From NCBI RefSeq assembly GCF_004010195.1, contig NC_057718.1, positions 88,268,876 to 88,308,132 of the forward strand: a stretch of DNA of 39,257 nt, written 5' to 3'. This DNA comes from Chiloscyllium plagiosum (Eukaryota). The notes beneath the pieces are model-generated. The model saw only the letters and a program-made list of their open reading frames with translations. It did not search any database and was not told where the DNA came from. How positions within the stretch are numbered: the first letter of the stretch is position 1; every line of letters starts with the position of its first letter. Below are positions 12,288-22,852 of the stretch, piece after piece. The position numbers and the translations under genes were made by a program.

Positions 12288-12904
12288 TGGGGGATGTTAT
12301 GAGTGTGTGAGAGAGAGTGTAAAGGGGTATAGGTCTGTGAGAGGGTGTGTGCGCTCGCCTGAGTGTGTGGGACTATGTGTGAGCATATGAGAGAGGGTCT
12401 GCGTGGGAATATGGGTCTCTAGGAATGTGTGTCTGTCTGTTGGGCAATGGGGTCACCTGTAGTGTGACATGAACAGACACCGACTGATGCACACTCACAG
12501 AAAGACACAGACACCCATGGTCCTACCTACCTACATACATACATACATACGCGCACACACACAAGTTTGTGGGGTGAATTTATACTTGCAGAATTACATT
12601 TCATTTTGCTCAAAAACTGCATGAATCCATGTAAGATTCTGCAAACCCGTTTCTTAGTTTAGAGTCAGTCTGAACATTGTGGCATAGGGCACCTCACACC
12701 TTAAATGCATTTTCAGGGCTGGCATGACACCAATTGTTAACGTTCACTTGAGAATGTAACTTTAAAGAAGTTCTGCGAATTACATATGAAAGAACTGAAA
12801 CCAACATGTTCATTCCAGGTCTTTTTCAATATGATTTCAGTTATATCACACTGTAAAGGTTTGCTATAAATTTTGAGTCTTATGATCTTGTATTTCACAA
12901 CCAT

Positions 12905-12933
12905 CTGATGAAGGAGCAGCGCTCTGAAAGTTA
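12905..12933 (+). ncRNA. Minimal hammerhead ribozyme motif (PLE family B)
   Basis: cat-CTGATGA-A-GGAGC agc GCTCT-GAAAG-TTA-gtg: core intact, 5-bp stem II, 3-bp stem I. Confidence 0.65.
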
Positions 12934-13029
12934 GTGCTTGCAAATAAACCTGTTGGACTATAACCTGGTGTGTGATTTTTAATTCCGATATCTAGAACTT
13001 AATTTCTTTTGTTTTGAACACTTAGCTTC

Positions 13030-13640
13030 ATTGATAGGGGTCTAGTCCACAACAGCAGGCAGGTCATGTTGAACCTTCATAGAACACTGACTGGATGTCA
13101 GATGGACGATAGTGTACAGCTCTGGACACTATGCTTTTACAAAGAATGTGAATGGACAGTATAGAAGAGGTTTAGAAGAATAGTTTCAGAGATGAAAACT
13201 TCAGTTGTGTGGATACATTGGGAAAAGTAGTGATGTGCTCCTTGGAGAGGCAAACTCTTGAGAGATTTGATGAAAAGTGAATGGTCAGGACATAGTAAAG
13301 AGGAAGAAAATGTACTCTGTCTGAAACCATTCTCAACCACTGAAGATCGAGAACCGGAAAACACTTCTTTAAAAATGTGCTTTGCAAAAGAAGTACATGT
13401 GGGAGTGAGGGCAAAAACACTTTGCATGCCATATTCAGACAACTCATTGTATTAATGTCTGGAAGTGTGGAGGAGGCAGGTTCGCTTGAGGTTTCAAGAG
13501 GGCATTGGATTTTTATTTAAAAAGAAACAGCAAGCAGGATTTTGGGGATAAGGCAGGAGATGGAGCCAAGTCAAAATACTCTGAGCAAATGCAGAACCAA
13601 AGGCCTGAATGGCTACCTTCTGCAACATAATTCTGATATT
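13030..13640 (+). mobile_element. Old degenerate CR1 3' region
   Basis: gtcatgttgaaccttcatagaacactg..gtgtacagctctgg..agaagaggtttagaagaat..gagatttgat resembles the CR1 ORF2 C-terminus and 3' UTR. Confidence 0.6.
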
Positions 13641-14354
13641 CTGTGAAGCGCCTTGGGATGTTTAACTATGACAAAGACACTATGTAAGTACATGTCGTTA
13701 CTTTGTATCTTTCCCAATCCAGAGCCAAAGAGAATTCACCTGGGAGGAAACTATGTAGTATTGAGGCAATCCTGTTGATCAACAGTACGTCATTTTGTAT
13801 CCTCTAGACTTCACAATCCAATCTTAGCAACTGTTTCCCTGGAAATTCAAAATTTTGGCTATACTTGAGTCATTAACAAAGGAATGGGTGGGAATGTTGT
13901 AATGCAACAGTAGTTGGAGTTTGCACGAAATAACAAGCCATTGATATCTGAATGTTAAATGTTGGTGACTCCTCCTTCACATTCAAATTATTCCCTCAAC
14001 CCTGTGAGAAAACAGGAGATTCTTCCTTCTGTCTTAGCAAGAATTGAAGATGATGTATGAACTGGTGAATCTTGGTAACCCTTGATAATCTGTAGTGAAA
14101 ATTAAAACTCCACAGCTATGTGCATAACAGCATTAATATATCTGTGGTCCAGTCACCTGCAAAAGTGGTTGTCCAAAGTTGCTTAATTCAGACTTTTAGC
14201 ATTGAACTCTCACTTGACTATTTAAATTGTTTAAAGGCAATTATTGTGAATACTTTACTTCTTTAGTGTAGAAATAGTTTAATTGTTAATGGACTTTACA
14301 ATATATTGTCATAAATATGTTTACAGATATAATTTGTCAATGCATATGCCAAAA

Positions 14355-14376
14355 TGTGTGTGTGTGTGTGTGTGTG
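14355..14376. repeat. (TG)n microsatellite
   Basis: About 11 TG units directly upstream of a SINE fragment. Confidence 0.9.
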
Positions 14377-14380
14377 TATA

Positions 14381-14536
14381 TTGCCCACAGTGTGCAGGGA
14401 TGTATAGGTTAGGTGCATTAGTCAGGAATAAATTATAGGGTAGGGGAATGGGTCTGAGTGGGTTACTCTTTGCAGGGTTGGTGTGGCCTTGTTGGGATGA
14501 CGGACCTGTTTACATACTATAGGGATTCCAATTCTA
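14381..14536 (+). mobile_element. 5'-truncated HE1 SINE
   Basis: ttgccc.cagtg..ttaggtgcattagtcagg..gggaatgggtctg.gtgggttactctt...agggattc matches the 3' halves of the 4755 and 31262 copies. Confidence 0.8.
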
Positions 14537-14539
14537 AAG

Positions 14540-15640
14540 AAATTTGAACTAATTGAAGAAGTGCAACATTGGTTTATTGAGGTTGGGTCATGTCTTACAT
14601 ATTTAACTTTTTTTTGAGGCTGTACCTAAAATATAGAGGAGGAAATAATCATGGCTATAGTTTGTATGCAATTCTGAAGGTGTTTGAGAACATTCTGCAT
14701 AACAGAATGTTAAATTAGGTTGAGGATTGTAAACAGGAAATTAGGAATAAAATGTACAAATACCCAAACTGGAAGAAAGTAATTGGTGGTGTCTCACAAG
14801 GATATGTCCTGGAGCTTCAACTCATCAATGTTTTCATTAATGATTTGAAATTGTATATCCAAGATTGTAATGACATAGAATAGACAGGAACAGTAAAATA
14901 ATTAAGCATTTTAATAGATTAAGTGAATGGGTAATAAACCCGCAATAAATGAATTTGAACACCCAGTGTGAGGTGTCCATTTTGAATTAAAAAGGTTAAA
15001 TAGTGTCGATCTAAGAACAGTGGTGAGCCAGAATGATTTAGGAGCTTATGTATACTAATCACAAAGACATAGAACAAAAACAGGAATTACTGCAGAAACT
15101 CAGCATGTTTGGCAGACTCTGCAGAGAAAGCAAAGTTAACTTTAACTGGATTCTGAAGAAGGGTCACTCAACTCTAACTCTACTTTCTCCATGCAGATCC
15201 TGCCAGACCTGCTGAGATTTTCCAGGATTATCTGTTCTGGTTTCAGATCTTCAGCATCTGCTGTTCTTCATTTTATTTTACTAAAATGTATAAGTTAGGC
15301 TCAAAGGATAATCCGAAAGGCTAATTGATGTTGGCCTTCATGACTACAAAGTGGAGGAAATTTTGCTGCAGCTTACAAAATCTTGGTTATACCACAACTG
15401 GACTAATATGTACTGTTGGTGAAATCGAGATAGGCTATTTAGGAGATAAATTAGAAAACCCCTCTACACAGAATGGCAGAATTGCAGAACGTACTCCATA
15501 AAATACAATATGGGCAACTCAATTATTAATTTTCGGCCCAAAATCAATAAGCTTTTCTCTAAAGAATATAAAACGATATAGATTCAAGACAGATGGAAGG
15601 AACTTAAGATAAAGATGAGCCATAATTTCAATAAATGGGC
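14540..15640 (+). mobile_element. Old fragmented CR1 RT to 3' region
   Basis: Degenerate GSCL..LTFFE, GVSQG.VL, FINDL, CEV.HF and KAN.MLAF motifs; interrupted by the PLE remnant at 15070-15280. Confidence 0.6.
15070..15280. mobile_element. Short inverted PLE terminal remnant (family C)
   Basis: 15072-15140 is the inverse of 15175-15240. Contains ttctgaagaagggtcact (hammerhead 5' half with the GAAA part deleted) and the tail cagcatctgc. Confidence 0.65.
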
Positions 15641-15717
15641 AGACTGATGACATTTGATTGCATACACAAATCTACATTTTGAATTTCTAGGTTGTCTAAT
15701 TGTGTCTTATTTTTCAG

Positions 15718-15857
15718 TGACTGAAGCAGGCTTTGGTGCTGATATTGGGATGGAGAAGTTCTTCAACATCAAGTGCAGAACATCAGGCCTTAAGCCTAAT
15801 GTGGTAGTGCTTGTGGCAACAATCCGTGCCTTGAAAATGCATGGTGGAGGCCCCAAT
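15718..15857 (+). CDS. MTHFD1L: MTHFD1L internal coding exon (140 nt): (V)[46 protein letters not shown]
   Basis: FTHFS signature [21 protein letters not shown]...[12 protein letters not shown]. Acceptor tttttcag at 15710-15717, donor gtgagt at 15858. Starts in phase 1, ends in phase 0. Confidence 0.95.
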
Positions 15858-16179
15858 GTGAGTAGATGGTGTACACATAGTAATGAGAATGCACCATTCT
15901 GCCCACGAGTCTTTTCTTCTATCCAGTCAGATCTATCTTCAACAGAAGGTTTCTTTTCCCATACATAGACATAGTCAAATAACCAAGACAAGATGCATTG
16001 AGCAGAAATTGATGTCTGGAGAAAGGAAGTAAAGCTTTAAATGTATTGTCATTCACTTAAGATGGTCAGAATATGTCTGTGAACTAGGAATCACCCAATG
16101 GCTCAGGTTCAATGGAGAAATAAGATAGAAATTTGTACCCAATAGTCCAGGGCTGTAATACATCATGATTAAGTGATTC

Positions 16180-16410
16180 TCCGAATCAGAAGGTGATATG
16201 TTGAAAACAACTTCAAGAACCTGAGCACGTAATCCAGTCTGACATCCAAATCCGTACAGTCAATGTTGATAGCTACACTGTAAATGTTGACATTTCAATT
16301 GAGGTATGAAACTAAGGCCCCCATCTGCCCAAAGTTGAATGCAAGAAATCTGATGTCACAATTTGAGGAACAGTACATGAGTTATTCGTGCGATGGCCAA
16401 TGTTTAACAA
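16180..16410 (+). mobile_element. Degenerate Deu-domain SINE
   Basis: gaatcagaagg..ctgagcacgtaatccagtctgaca..aaactaaggcccccatctgccc..tggccaat. Confidence 0.55.
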
Positions 16411-16623
16411 TTATTTAGACATTTTTGATTGATTGAAGTGATCAAAATCTCCTATGGTCACGAAAGGTATTCTGAAATGCTACCTCTTTTGTACTACTTC
16501 TACTGTTTTTATTTTTGTGTTTTTGTTTTGTTTTGTTTGCATTTCACCCAAAAATAGCTTGTATAAAATATAACTTCAGGCATGAACATCTGTGTGAGAA
16601 TCTGTATTTAAGTTAACAAGTGT

Positions 16624-16630
16624 TACTAAC
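16624..16630 (+). promoter_or_regulatory. Consensus U2 branch point TACTAAC upstream of the 42-nt exon
   Basis: Perfect TACTAAC followed by pyrimidine tract ttgttctcttt and cag acceptor. Confidence 0.7.
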
Positions 16631-16644
16631 TTGTTCTCTTTCAG

Positions 16645-16686
16645 GTCACTGCAGGCAAACCTCTATCAAAAGAGTACACTGAGGAG
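16645..16686 (+). CDS. MTHFD1L: MTHFD1L short coding exon (42 nt): VTAGKPLSKEYTEE
   Basis: Acceptor ttctctttcag, TACTAAC at 16624-16630, donor gtatgt at 16687. Translation continues the previous exon in frame and resembles recalled human MTHFD1L VTAGVPLKKEYTEE. Not present in the ORF track. Confidence 0.93.
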
Positions 16687-17019
16687 GTATGTATACATCA
16701 CAAAGACCGGAAGAGTCTTCAGGTTTCCTGTAGTAATGTAATCCAGAATCTTGTATGTGCACTTGTTATGACTGCAGTTGGAGGAGTGCATCATTGCCCT
16801 CGTCCCACTAATCTTAAAGCAGTAATGTAAAATAAAAATGCTTTTATTAGCTTATAAAGATGACCAATTTAAATACCTTATCTACATCAGATTGTAGTCA
16901 AAAGATCTATCAACCAGGATTCTTAATTATCAAATTATGGATTTAATGTCAAAACAAAACTTATTAAACAAGGATACATTGTTTAGTTAACACTTAAATA
17001 ATATAGAAGTAATAAGAAT

Positions 17020-17257
17020 TTGCTAATCCACCTGGACTGCACATCCCTGGACACTATGGACAATTTAGTTTGATCAATCCATCTTACCTGCACATCTTTG
17101 GCCTGTGGGAGGAAACCGGACCATCTGGAGGAAACCCACACAGACACTGGGAGAATGTGCAAACTCCACGCAGACAAGTCATCAGAGGTTGGAATCTAAT
17201 CTGGCACCCTGGCACCATAAGGCAGCGCTCCTAACCACTGAACCACTGTGTTGCCCC
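17020..17257 (-). mobile_element. HE1/V-SINE lacking its 3' end
   Basis: Reverse complement begins ggggcaacacagtggttcagtggttag and contains gtggagtttgcacattctcccagtgtctgtgtgggtttcctcc. Confidence 0.88.
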
Positions 17258-17319
17258 AGTATTGAACAATATTTATTGAGGTCACTGGCATCTTAATTTT
17301 TCTTTCATCCTTTTTAGGG

Positions 17320-17590
17320 GATGAAAGCTTGACTAGCAAGGTCAGCATTTAATACCTTGTCCCAAATTTCACTTAAAGAGGTGGTGATGTGCTTTCTTTA
17401 ACAACTGCAGTCTGTCTAATGAATGGAGCTCTCTTAGTGCTCATGGGTCAGGAGTTCCAGGATTTTGACCAAGCACCGGTGACGATATATTTCTAAGTCA
17501 GAATGGTTGTTGACTTTCCAATGTGTCTGCTTGTCCATCTAAGAGTTAGAGATTACAAGTTTGGGGATGTGCTGTGAAAGAAATCTGTAG
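17320..17590 (-). mobile_element. Old dispersed repeat, same family as 350-700
   Basis: Shares motifs with 350-700; family not identified. Confidence 0.45.
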
Positions 17591-18449
17591 GAATTATGTG
17601 CAAAGTAATGGAAGGATAAGTTTATATTATTTTTTACGCCAAATAAACATACAAATTACTTTTAGATATTCAACATATTGCATTATTTCAACGTATATTT
17701 AAACTGTAAACTCTAAGGTGTAAATATAATTTTCAGGCATGTTAGTCTCAGATTTGAGATGGTGAAAATAAAGAAAATGTTGTAAGTAATGAGAATTTGC
17801 CGCTTATTTTGGAATTAATCTAAATCCCAAAATAATTTAAGTAAGAAATTTAGTGTAGCATTATTTCTGATACAATAAAACTTTTATTTTTTGTGATGTG
17901 ATGGATTGAATGGAGCCAGTGGGTACCACTCATTTCCAGAAGGGATTCTCTATTCACGAGCTTTCTCTGGAGCAGTCATATCTTCGAATAATTTCCAAGC
18001 ATAATGAAACAAGATGGCCTGAGAAATGCCTTAGCTACGTATGCAGGTGCTTTAATACCAGTTAGGATTACATAATCTCATGGGCTTTAACTCCTTCAGA
18101 TGTTCTTGATTAATTTATTCCTTTGTATAAATTGACATAGGCCGAATAAGTCCAAACCATTGAAAGATTTAATAAGATGAGGTTTCACAATTGAGAAATG
18201 AATGCCATTTTATGTAAAAGCACAAGTAGTGAAACTAGCTGACCCTCCCTAATCCAGCTGCATTTGAAGCCATTTATAGGTGTACTTTTCCTGCCAGTAT
18301 ATTTGTTTACAGACTCTGTTTTCTCAATTCAGTTCTGGTGAAATGTTAACTCTGCTTGTCTGTCTGCAGGTGCTTGCTGACCTGTTCAGCATTTCTATAC
18401 TTAACCTTTTAAGTTTCTTTGTTTAAGGCTTATGTCATTGTTTTTGTAG

Positions 18450-18550
18450 AACCTGAAACTGGTGACTGATGGGTGCTGTAATTTGCAAAAGCAGATAGAG
18501 ATCGCTCAGCTGTTTGGGATTCCGGTTGTAGTTGCTGTGAATGTATTCAA
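18450..18550 (+). CDS. MTHFD1L: MTHFD1L coding exon (101 nt): [33 protein letters not shown](K)
   Basis: Acceptor tttttgtag, donor gtaagt at 18551. [14 protein letters not shown] matches MTHFD1L rather than MTHFD1 (KGFSNLKKQI..RMFG), both from memory. Ends in phase 2. Confidence 0.94.
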
Positions 18551-18891
18551 GTAAGTGCTGTGATTTGGGACTCAATGGGGAAGCACTTAATACATTATGG
18601 AGGCCTTGTCCCCTCAACAGAATTTCAAGCTATAGGTTTTCCACCTCTAAGAACTGTCCAGTGTCCAATCAATGTAAACATCTATTAATGAAGGGGCTTC
18701 TCATCACTCAATCTTTTCTCAAACTGAACAGGTATATTGCTGATAGCCAGTTAAATTCACTAACAGGTTGATGCTGCATCACCAGAATCAGTTGTTTGAT
18801 TGAACAGCCCCATTGAGCACCACTTCCGTTCACATCCGTGGTCGCCAGTCTGTTAACTCCAGGTATTCCATCCAATTTAAACACTTTCACT

Positions 18892-19258
18892 GGGCACGGT
18901 GGCCCAGTGGTGGGCGGCACGGTGGCCCAGTGGTGGGCGGCACGGTGGCCCAGTGGTTAGCACAGCTGCCTCACAGCGCCGGAGACCCGGGTTCAATTCC
19001 CGCCATAGGCGACTGACTGTGTGGAGTTTGCACGTTCTCCCCGTGTCTGCGTGGGTTTCCTCCGGGTGTTCCGGTTTCCTCCCACAGTCCAAAGATGTGC
19101 AGGTCAGGTGAATTGGCCATGGGAAATTGCCCGTAGTGTTAGGTAAGGGGTAAATGTAGGGGTATGGGTGGGTTGCGCTTCGGCGGGGCGGTGTGGACTT
19201 GTTGGGCCGAAGGGCCTGTTTCCACACTGTAAGTGTAATCTAAATCTAAATCTAAATC
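18892..19258 (+). mobile_element. Young full-length HE1/V-SINE with triplicated 5' head
   Basis: A box TGGCCCAGTGG occurs three times, B box GGTTCAATTCC at 18990-19000, CpG-rich body, (aaatct)n tail at about 19237-19258. Confidence 0.93.
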
Positions 19259-22198
19259 CTAACATTCAAATGTCGTCTTCACCTCTTCCCTTCGATCGTA
19301 GAAAAGTAAAGGATAGAAATAACCTGTGAAGTCTAAGTGCGCTTTTTGGAAGAATAACCTGGTTAGTTTCATTGTCCTTTGTTTCTCATTTCTCTGCATC
19401 GGATTCTGGGTAATCCAAGATGGAGGATGGGAAAAATTTCTGGCTGTAAGAGCTGCACCTTTTTTGAGGTATTTTAGGTGTTGGAGGTGATTTCCTCGAA
19501 CTCCAGGAGCAGCAATAACTGTTTATATGCTGTTGCATTGTTTTGGAACTTTGGAGGAAAAAACAGTCAAAACAGAAGCACTTTTAAAAGGGAGAGGAAT
19601 AGACAAAGGAAGCACATGGTCAGGTCAGTGCGAGAGAGAGAGTGAAAGAAGCCCACATTGTTAACTGACACAGCAGTGGACCTGCACAGTTACTGCCTTT
19701 GCTCTTGAATTCATGTATTGCTGGACATCGGAGTGCATCTGGGAAAATTAACAGAGTGAAATTCACAACTAATCTTGGAGGAACCTGTTTGGGAGAGGTC
19801 ACAGCACAGAAACAGTGGATATTTTAAGCGTGGCCTTACAGTACATCTGCAGTAGTGAGTAGAGTGGGTTTTATGATTATATGTTTTATTGAGATGTCTC
19901 TTGATTAAACTTAAAATATAAGCCATAAGTATTAATTTAACCTGGAGCACTGTTTTGTAGAGGAATAAGTCAGTGCTATTTTCTGGGTCTGTAGATTGAA
20001 AGAAGCAAAAATGACCTTTAGTAGAGTGATATGCACTTCTTGTTGGATGTAGGAGTTTAGGGGGGGGGTTTGTGTTACTGACGATTATATCTACTATAAA
20101 TGCCATTGGTTGCAAACACTATCAGATCGAATGGATTGGTTGGAGCGACAGTGGTAATGAGGAATTTACAAGAGCAAGGGGATATGATGGAAGGCAGTTA
20201 TAGGAAGGGAGAAAAGTCGCAGATACAGTCACGTAGATGGGTTAACTCCAGGAAAGGTTAGAGAGGTAGGCAGGTAGTGCAGGAGTCTTCTGTGGCTATC
20301 CCCATTTCAAACAAGTAGGCTGTTTTGGAAAATGTAGGGGAGGATGGATTCTCAGGGGAGCGTAGCATGAACAGCCAAGTTTCTGGTATTGAGACTATTT
20401 CTAATGCGAAGAGGGGTACGTCAGGTTCCAAGAGATGGATTGTGTTTAGGGGACTGTCTAGTCCGAGGTACAGACAGACGTTTCTGTGGCCAGCTGCGAA
20501 GAATCGGAATGGTGTGTTGCTTTGCTGGTTCCAGGATCAAGGATGTCTCAGAGAGGGTGTACAATGCTCTCAAAGGGGAGAGGGGCCAGCAGAAAGGGAA
20601 AAAGTTGAGATTCTGAAGGGAGACTACAGAGTTATGCAAGAATTTAAAAAGGAGGTACTCAAGAGTAGTAATATCTGGATTACTCCCAGTGCTACGAGAT
20701 AGTGAGGGCAGGAATAGGAGAATAGAGCAGATGAATGCATGGCTGAGGAGCTGGTGTATGGGAGAAGAATTCACATTTTTAGATCATTGGAATCTCTTTT
20801 GGATAGAAGTGACCTCTACAAGAAGGACGGATTGCACCTAATTTGGAGGGGACTAATATATTGGCAGGGAGCTAGAGCTGCTCGGGAGGGTAAGTTTGGG
20901 GGTGGTGGGGGGGTAGATAATGAGGAAAGAGGTCAATCTGATACTGGTACAGTTGAGAACAAAGGTGAGTCAAACAGTCAGGGCAGACAGGGACAAAGCA
21001 GAGAACAAGGTAGGACTGCTAAATTAAACTGCATTTATTTCAATGCAAGAGGGCGAACAGGGAAGGCAGGTGAACTCGGGGCATGGTTAGGAACATGGGA
21101 CTGGGATATCATAGCAATTATAGAAACATGGCTCAGGAATGGGCGGGACTGGCAGCTTAATGTTCCTGGATACAAATGCTATAGGAAGGATAGAAAAGGA
21201 GGCAGGAGAGGAGGGGGAGTGTCGTTTTTGGTAAGGGACAGCATTACAGCTGTACTGAGGGAAGATATTCCCAGATATACACCCAGGGAAGTTATTTGGG
21301 TGGAACTGAGAAATAAGAAAGGGATGAACACCTTATTGGGATTGTATTAAAGATCCCCGAATAGTCAGAGGGAAATTGAGAAACAAATTTGTGAGGAGAT
21401 CTGTTATCTGTAAGAGGAATAGGGTGGTTATGGTAGGGGATTTTAACTTTCCAAACATAGACCAGGACTACTACAGTGTTAAGGGTTTAGATAGAGAGGA
21501 ATTCGTAAAGTGTGTGCAAGAACATTTTCTGATTCAGTATGTGGATGTACCGACTAGAGAAGGTGCAAAACCTGACCTACTCTTGGGAAATAAGGCAGGG
21601 CAGGTGACTCAGGTGTCAGTGGGGGAGCACTTTGGGGCCAGCGAACATAATTCTATTCGTTTTAAAATAGTGATGTAAAAGGATAAACTACATCTAAAAG
21701 TTGAAGTTCTAAATTGGGGAAAGGCTAATTTTGACAGTATTAAGCAAGAACTTTCAAAAGCTGATTGGGGGCAGATGTTCGCAGGTACAGGGATGGCTGG
21801 AAAATGGGAAGCCTTCAGAAATGAGATAATAAGAATCCAGAGACAGTATATTCCTGTCAGGGTGAAAGGGAAGGTTGGTAGGTATAGGGAATGCTGGATG
21901 ACTAAAGAAATTGAGGGTTTGGTTAAGAAAATGAATGAAGCATATGTCAGGTATAGACAGGATAGATTGAGTGAATCCTTAGAGTGTAAAGGCAGTAGGA
22001 GTATACTTAAGAGGGAAATCAGGAGGGCAAAAAGGAGAACATAGCATTGGCAAATAGAGTTTAGGAGAATTGAAAGGGTTTATCAAATACATTATGGACA
22101 AAAGGGTAACTAGGGAGAGAATAGGGCCCCTCGAAGGTCAAAAATGTGTTGCTGGAAAAGCGCAGCAGGTCAGGCAGCATCCAAGGAGCAGGAGAATC

Positions 22199-22226
22199 GA
22201 CGTTTCAGGTATAAGCCCTTCTTCAG
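22199..22226 (-). ncRNA. Minimal hammerhead ribozyme motif (PLE family A)
   Basis: attc-CTGAAGA-A-GGGC ttat ACCT-GAAAC-GTC-gatt: core intact, stem II partly mismatched. Confidence 0.6.
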
Positions 22227-22824
22227 GAATGAGGAAGGTGTGCCAAGCAGGCTAAGATAAAGGTAGGGAGGAGGAACTTGGGGGAGGGGCATTGGGAATG
22301 CGATAGGTAGAAGGAGGTTACGGTGAGGGTGATAGGCCGGAGAGGGGGTGGGGACGGAGAGGTCGGGAAGATGATTGCAGGTCAAGAAGGCAGTGCTGAG
22401 TCTGAGGGTTGAGACTGAGATAAGGTGGGAGGGTCGGGATTTGGAAATGAGGCAGCTGGAGAAATCTGCATTCATCCCTTGTGATTGGAGGGTTCCTAGG
22501 TGGAAGATGAGGCACTCTTCCTCCAGGCGTCGTATTGCCATGGTCTGGTGATAGAGGACGCCAAGGACCTGCATGTCCTTGGCGAAGTGGGAGGGGGAGT
22601 TAAAGTGTTCAGCCACGGGGCGGTTGGGTTGGTTGGTGCGGGTGTCCCAGAGGACCCAACCGTCCAGTGGCTGAGCACTTTAATTTCCCCTCCCACTCCG
22701 CCAAGGACATGCAGGTCCTTGGCCGCCTCCATCGCCAGACCATGGCAACACGGCACCTGGAGGAAGCGCACCTCATCTTCCGCCTAGGAACCCTCCAACC
22801 ACAAGGGATGAATGCNNNNTACCA

Positions 22825-22852
22825 CTGAAGAAGGGCTTATGCCCGAAACGTC
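22825..22852 (+). ncRNA. Minimal hammerhead ribozyme motif (PLE family A), best-preserved core
   Basis: CTGAAGA-A-GGGC ttat GCCC-GAAAC-GTC: perfect stem II, ACGT palindromic stem III, GUC cleavage triplet. Stem I is uncertain because of the adjacent N gap. Confidence 0.72.

Larger units (their letters stand above)
11641..12983. mobile_element. Head-to-head fold-back PLE terminal-repeat element (family B)
   Basis: 11641-12250 is the reverse complement of 12555-12983. Hammerhead motifs lie near both ends. The minus strand at 12452-12475 reads FMSHYR-stop, resembling the end of Penelope-type ORFs. Confidence 0.8.

Noticed and set aside
11641..12983. DNA transposon or MITE with long TIRs
   Set aside because: No TSD seen, the arms contain hammerhead motifs and a PLE-like ORF end, and a solo arm-end occurs at 7345-7510.
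1..15717. Preceding MTHFD1L exon (VHAGPFANIAHGNSS region) and the following exon after 30263
   Set aside because: I found no matching translation with splice sites in the window. They probably lie outside it, although I may have missed one by eye.
15654..15968. ORF-track ORF as a standalone or bacterial-type FTHFS gene
   Set aside because: Similarity is confined to the AG/GT-bounded 15718-15857 segment; the flanks are intron read-through and the protein continues in downstream exons.
18892..18957. CRISPR-like direct repeats
   Set aside because: The units are contiguous with no spacers and match the SINE 5' head; the context is eukaryotic with no cas genes.
18935..19010. tRNA genes at the SINE heads (also 4755, 17257, 31262)
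   Set aside because: A and B boxes are present but continue into the V-SINE core and LINE-like tail; no convincing cloverleaf.
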